Origin: an uncultured delta proteobacterium
Lineage (GTDB): Bacteria; Desulfobacterota; BSN033; UBA1163
Direction of reading: 5' to 3'
Length of the DNA stretch: 64,000 nt
Assembly: GCA_963708295.1 (NCBI GenBank)
Contig: CAVPSJ010000020.1
Span: forward strand, 83,431-147,430
A model generated the notes under the pieces. That model did no database searches. It was not told where the DNA came from and worked only from the letters and a program-made list of their open reading frames with translations. The translations under genes were made by a program, and so were the position numbers. Below are positions 61,227 through 64,000 of the stretch, piece by piece. How positions within the stretch are numbered: the stretch's first letter is position 1; each line of letters opens with the position of its first letter.

Positions 61227-61620
61227 TTAGGCCTTATTCCGTGTGACACATTCCACTGATTCTCTTATCGAAACAATCTGCTTTTCTACAAGCGCCTCAT
61301 TCATCATTTCCCTCTTCGTCTCCCTTAAGATAGTTGTCACGTATACCACCTACAAGCCAACAAAAATAACATGTAATAATGTTTGATGATTATCGATTGA
61401 AAGTGAGAATAGCAGGATTACGTGAAGTGGAATAACCTCTTTCGGATCTTTCTGAGCGGGACGTTTAAACCCTCTCCTCCCTTCTTAGAGTTGCTTTGTT
61501 TCGTTGTAAGCGTATGGATGTCGTGGAGCATCAACCGCTTGGAGTCCTGATTTTCGTCGGATGAGAGGTCTCTTCGTGACGGAGACCGATCCTGCCCCCT
61601 GGAGGAAACATTTTCCAGGG

Positions 61621-63327
61621 CTATTCCTTACCCAACAAGGCCACTAGCTCATCCACATACCCCTTCATCTGTTCCGCCTGGGCGTTCATCTCCTCTGCCG
61701 CCGAAGCTGACTCCTCCGCACTGGCCGCGTTCTTTTGAACCACCTTGTCCATCTCGATTACTGCCTGGTTGATCTGTTCAACCCCGTGAGACTGCTCATT
61801 GCAAGCTACCGAGATCTTGCTCACCAATTCGCCAGCTTCTTTAGATGCTACAGCCACTCTTCCAAAGGTCTCATTGGCTTTTTCCACAATGTCCGAGCCA
61901 TTCTTAATTTTCTTGACAGTCCCCTCAATCAGGCTCGTCGTGTTCTTGGCCGCATCCGACGTGCGCATGGCAAGGTTCCTTACCTCATCTGCGACCACGG
62001 CAAATCCAGCTCCCGCCTCTCCTGCTCTCGCTGCCTCCACCGCTGCATTCAACGCCAGAAGATTAGTTTGGAAAGCAATCTCATCGATCGTTTTGATGAT
62101 CTTGGCCGCTTCTTCGCTCGCCGAAGAAATTTCTTTCATCGACTCGGTTAATTTTTTCATGGAGTGATTGGCTTCGTCGACGACTCTGCTAGTCTCGGCC
62201 ATCAGGGAATTGGCTTGGTTGGCATTTTCGGCGTTCTGCTTGGTCTGGGAGGCCATCTCTTCAACGGAGGAAGAAGTTTCTTCCAAACCGGCTTGCTGTT
62301 CAGAAGTACCTCCAGCCACCGACTGGCTGGTAGAGGAAACCTGAGAGGCAGCGGATACCACTTGCTCCGTGTTATCTGTAAGACCCTCAACGACGCGGTT
62401 GATAGGGTTGGTTATAGAACGAGCAAGATAAAAACTTGCCATAATCATTAGCAGTCCTACGACTAGCGTCGCTGCAACGACGGATAGGATAATCCTCTCA
62501 AATCCCTTGTTTATAGGCTCACGGTCTTTCCCAACAAAAAACATCCCCCCGATTTTCCCATCGGCATAAACAATGGGCCAGTAGACCGTGTTATAGTCAT
62601 TTCCAAGAATCTGATTTCTCTTATAATATCGTTGCCCTTTTTTCAGGACGGTTTCGATCACTTCGGGATTGTCCATCTTTGCCCCGGTAGCCCGCTTCCC
62701 CCCCCTCGTGATCGTTGTACAGACTGTCATGTCGTTATGAAAGACCGTGCATTCGACCCCAAATTTCTTCTTTATCCTATCCACAAAATTGTTGTCCGAG
62801 GAAAGGTCGACACCCAGTGTAACAGAACCGACAATGCCGCCATTGATCTTAACCGGACAACCTGCCAGAAGGGAAAACTTCACAACCGTGCCTTCTTCAA
62901 GCCCTACCGAGGGCTTTCCAGCCAGGGCTTTTTTGACGTTGATCTGTGTAAGAAGATTATCACCCACTTTTTCAGAGTGACCGCGGGCGACCACATTGCC
63001 ATTTTTGTCAGCGATCATGATAAGATCTATCTTACTCTTAGTGATGATCTCTTTACCCAGTTGTTGCAGAAAGAGGACATCTTTTTTCTCAATGGCTGAT
63101 GCCACATCGATTCTTAAGGCCACCTGAGAGGCCGCCGCCATTACTTTCTCTTTTATGTCCTCTAGAGACTCTTGGACCGCTTCGGCGCTAATCCCCACTT
63201 CCCTCTGTGATTGCTCATCTGAATCCTTGGATACGAAAAAGTATGTAGTACCAAATGTTGCACCACTCACGATACAAACGACCACGATAACCAAGCCGAT
63301 AATTCTTTTTGAAAGTGTTAGTTTCAT
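61621..63327 (-). CDS. Methyl-accepting chemotaxis protein with Cache sensor domains
   Basis: Two TM helices; [34 protein letters not shown]. Confidence 0.93.
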   Translation of the reverse strand: MKLTLSKRIIGLVIVVVCIVSGATFGTTYFFVSKDSDEQSQREVGISAEAVQESLEDIKEKVMAAASQVALRIDVASAIEKKDVLFLQQLGKEIITKSKIDLIMIADKNGNVVARGHSEKVGDNLLTQINVKKALAGKPSVGLEEGTVVKFSLLAGCPVKINGGIVGSVTLGVDLSSDNNFVDRIKKKFGVECTVFHNDMTVCTTITRGGKRATGAKMDNPEVIETVLKKGQRYYKRNQILGNDYNTVYWPIVYADGKIGGMFFVGKDREPINKGFERIILSVVAATLVVGLLMIMASFYLARSITNPINRVVEGLTDNTEQVVSAASQVSSTSQSVAGGTSEQQAGLEETSSSVEEMASQTKQNAENANQANSLMAETSRVVDEANHSMKKLTESMKEISSASEEAAKIIKTIDEIAFQTNLLALNAAVEAARAGEAGAGFAVVADEVRNLAMRTSDAAKNTTSLIEGTVKKIKNGSDIVEKANETFGRVAVASKEAGELVSKISVACNEQSHGVEQINQAVIEMDKVVQKNAASAEESASAAEEMNAQAEQMKGYVDELVALLGKE

Positions 63328-63411
63328 AGAACTCCCCAGCATCCAACTCGCACCATGAAGAACCAGAGCGCATCGATCAAATGCTAAAATAAGCCCCCAA
63401 CCACTTATCCA

Positions 63412-63591
63412 TCACTTCCTTGTTCTTTTCTCTGCCATCTCGAACAATAATTCCAAATCTGCTTTATAAAACCACATCCTATAAGGTGTATCTTCCGACT
63501 CTAAAACAATTGTATCATCTTCGATTACCTTCACCTCGTATAATTGCCCGGTTAACTTATGCTTGAATCTATCTCCTTCCACAAATGCCAT
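63412..63591 (-). CDS. 59-aa hypothetical protein (not in the ORF track)
   Basis: AAGGAG SD; MAFVEGDRFKHKLTGQLYEVKVIEDDTIVLESEDTPYRMWFYKADLELLFEMAEKRTRK. Confidence 0.6.
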   Translation of the reverse strand: MAFVEGDRFKHKLTGQLYEVKVIEDDTIVLESEDTPYRMWFYKADLELLFEMAEKRTRK

Positions 63592-63615
63592 GGAGCCTTA
63601 TCTCCTTTACTTTGC

Positions 63616-64000
63616 TTAAAACTCCGTCTCCTTATCAGGATAAACGTCATTAATTGTGTGCATCTCCTCCAAATAGTATCGGCCGCTGAGAAGAAGATCC
63701 AGTTTCCAACGATCCTTCCCTAAAACCTGAATAAATTCTAATCCATACAGATATCCTTCCCAGAACTGCTTTCCTTTCAAGTCTTCCTTTGAATAAAGCT
63801 CCTTCCGTACAATCTTCGCCACCGCTTTGAAGTTAGCCGATTCAAACCCCTTTGAGAACACGACAGTGACATTTAATTCCGTACCCACAGGGATGTCTCT
63901 GGTAGCTTCGATAAGAAAACCTCCCTTGCCTGCATTGACAACCCTTGCTCCACGCAAACAGGAGTCACCGATATCCTGATATACAAGAGGCAAATTAATA
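63616..64000 (-). CDS. PilZ-domain protein (5' end beyond window)
   Basis: VVNAGKGGFLI, AKIVRK, YGLEF PilZ beta-barrel pattern. Confidence 0.7.
   Translation of the reverse strand, partial: INLPLVYQDIGDSCLRGARVVNAGKGGFLIEATRDIPVGTELNVTVVFSKGFESANFKAVAKIVRKELYSKEDLKGKQFWEGYLYGLEFIQVLGKDRWKLDLLLSGRYYLEEMHTINDVYPDKETEF

Overview
This is a 64-kb chromosomal segment from an anaerobic bacterium; gene and repeat content suggest Desulfobacterota/deltaproteobacteria (inference). Many single-base frameshifts, including in purN and purL, look like long-read assembly errors. From left to right it holds: a MacB/FtsX-type ABC transporter; an ATP-grasp protein that appears circularly permuted; a compact candidate RiPP operon; a divergent Cys-rich AbrB-fold (HgcC-like) gene plus arsM; nifU-nifS; an AT-rich islet with a nucleotidyltransferase/HTH pair under a tandem palindromic operator; an aryl-adenylating ligase; a pentaheme cytochrome; transporters; and a self-contained mini-gene. 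The RiPP candidate consists of a 60-aa Cys protein, an RRE-radical SAM/SPASM enzyme and a 20-codon ORF absent from the ORF track (MTIKKVAKKFSGLCKCKASC). Next comes a ~17-kb putative anaerobic aromatic-catabolism island: UbiD C/D decarboxylase, two cytoplasmic Cys-ligated Mo/W-bisPGD enzymes resembling the catechol-dehydroxylase/acetylene-hydratase clade, a ferredoxin, TTT/TRAP transporters, a cyclase and an amidohydrolase. The right part has a two-component signalling cluster, a Liv-type ABC transporter, purN-purL, an MCP and a PilZ protein. Intergenic DNA is dense with MITEs, REP-like palindromes and nested mini-insertions. No rRNA, tRNA, CRISPR array or transposase was recognised. The best candidates for an undescribed system are the rSAM plus CxCxxxC peptide operon (5178-6574) next to the arsenic module, and the Mo-enzyme island.
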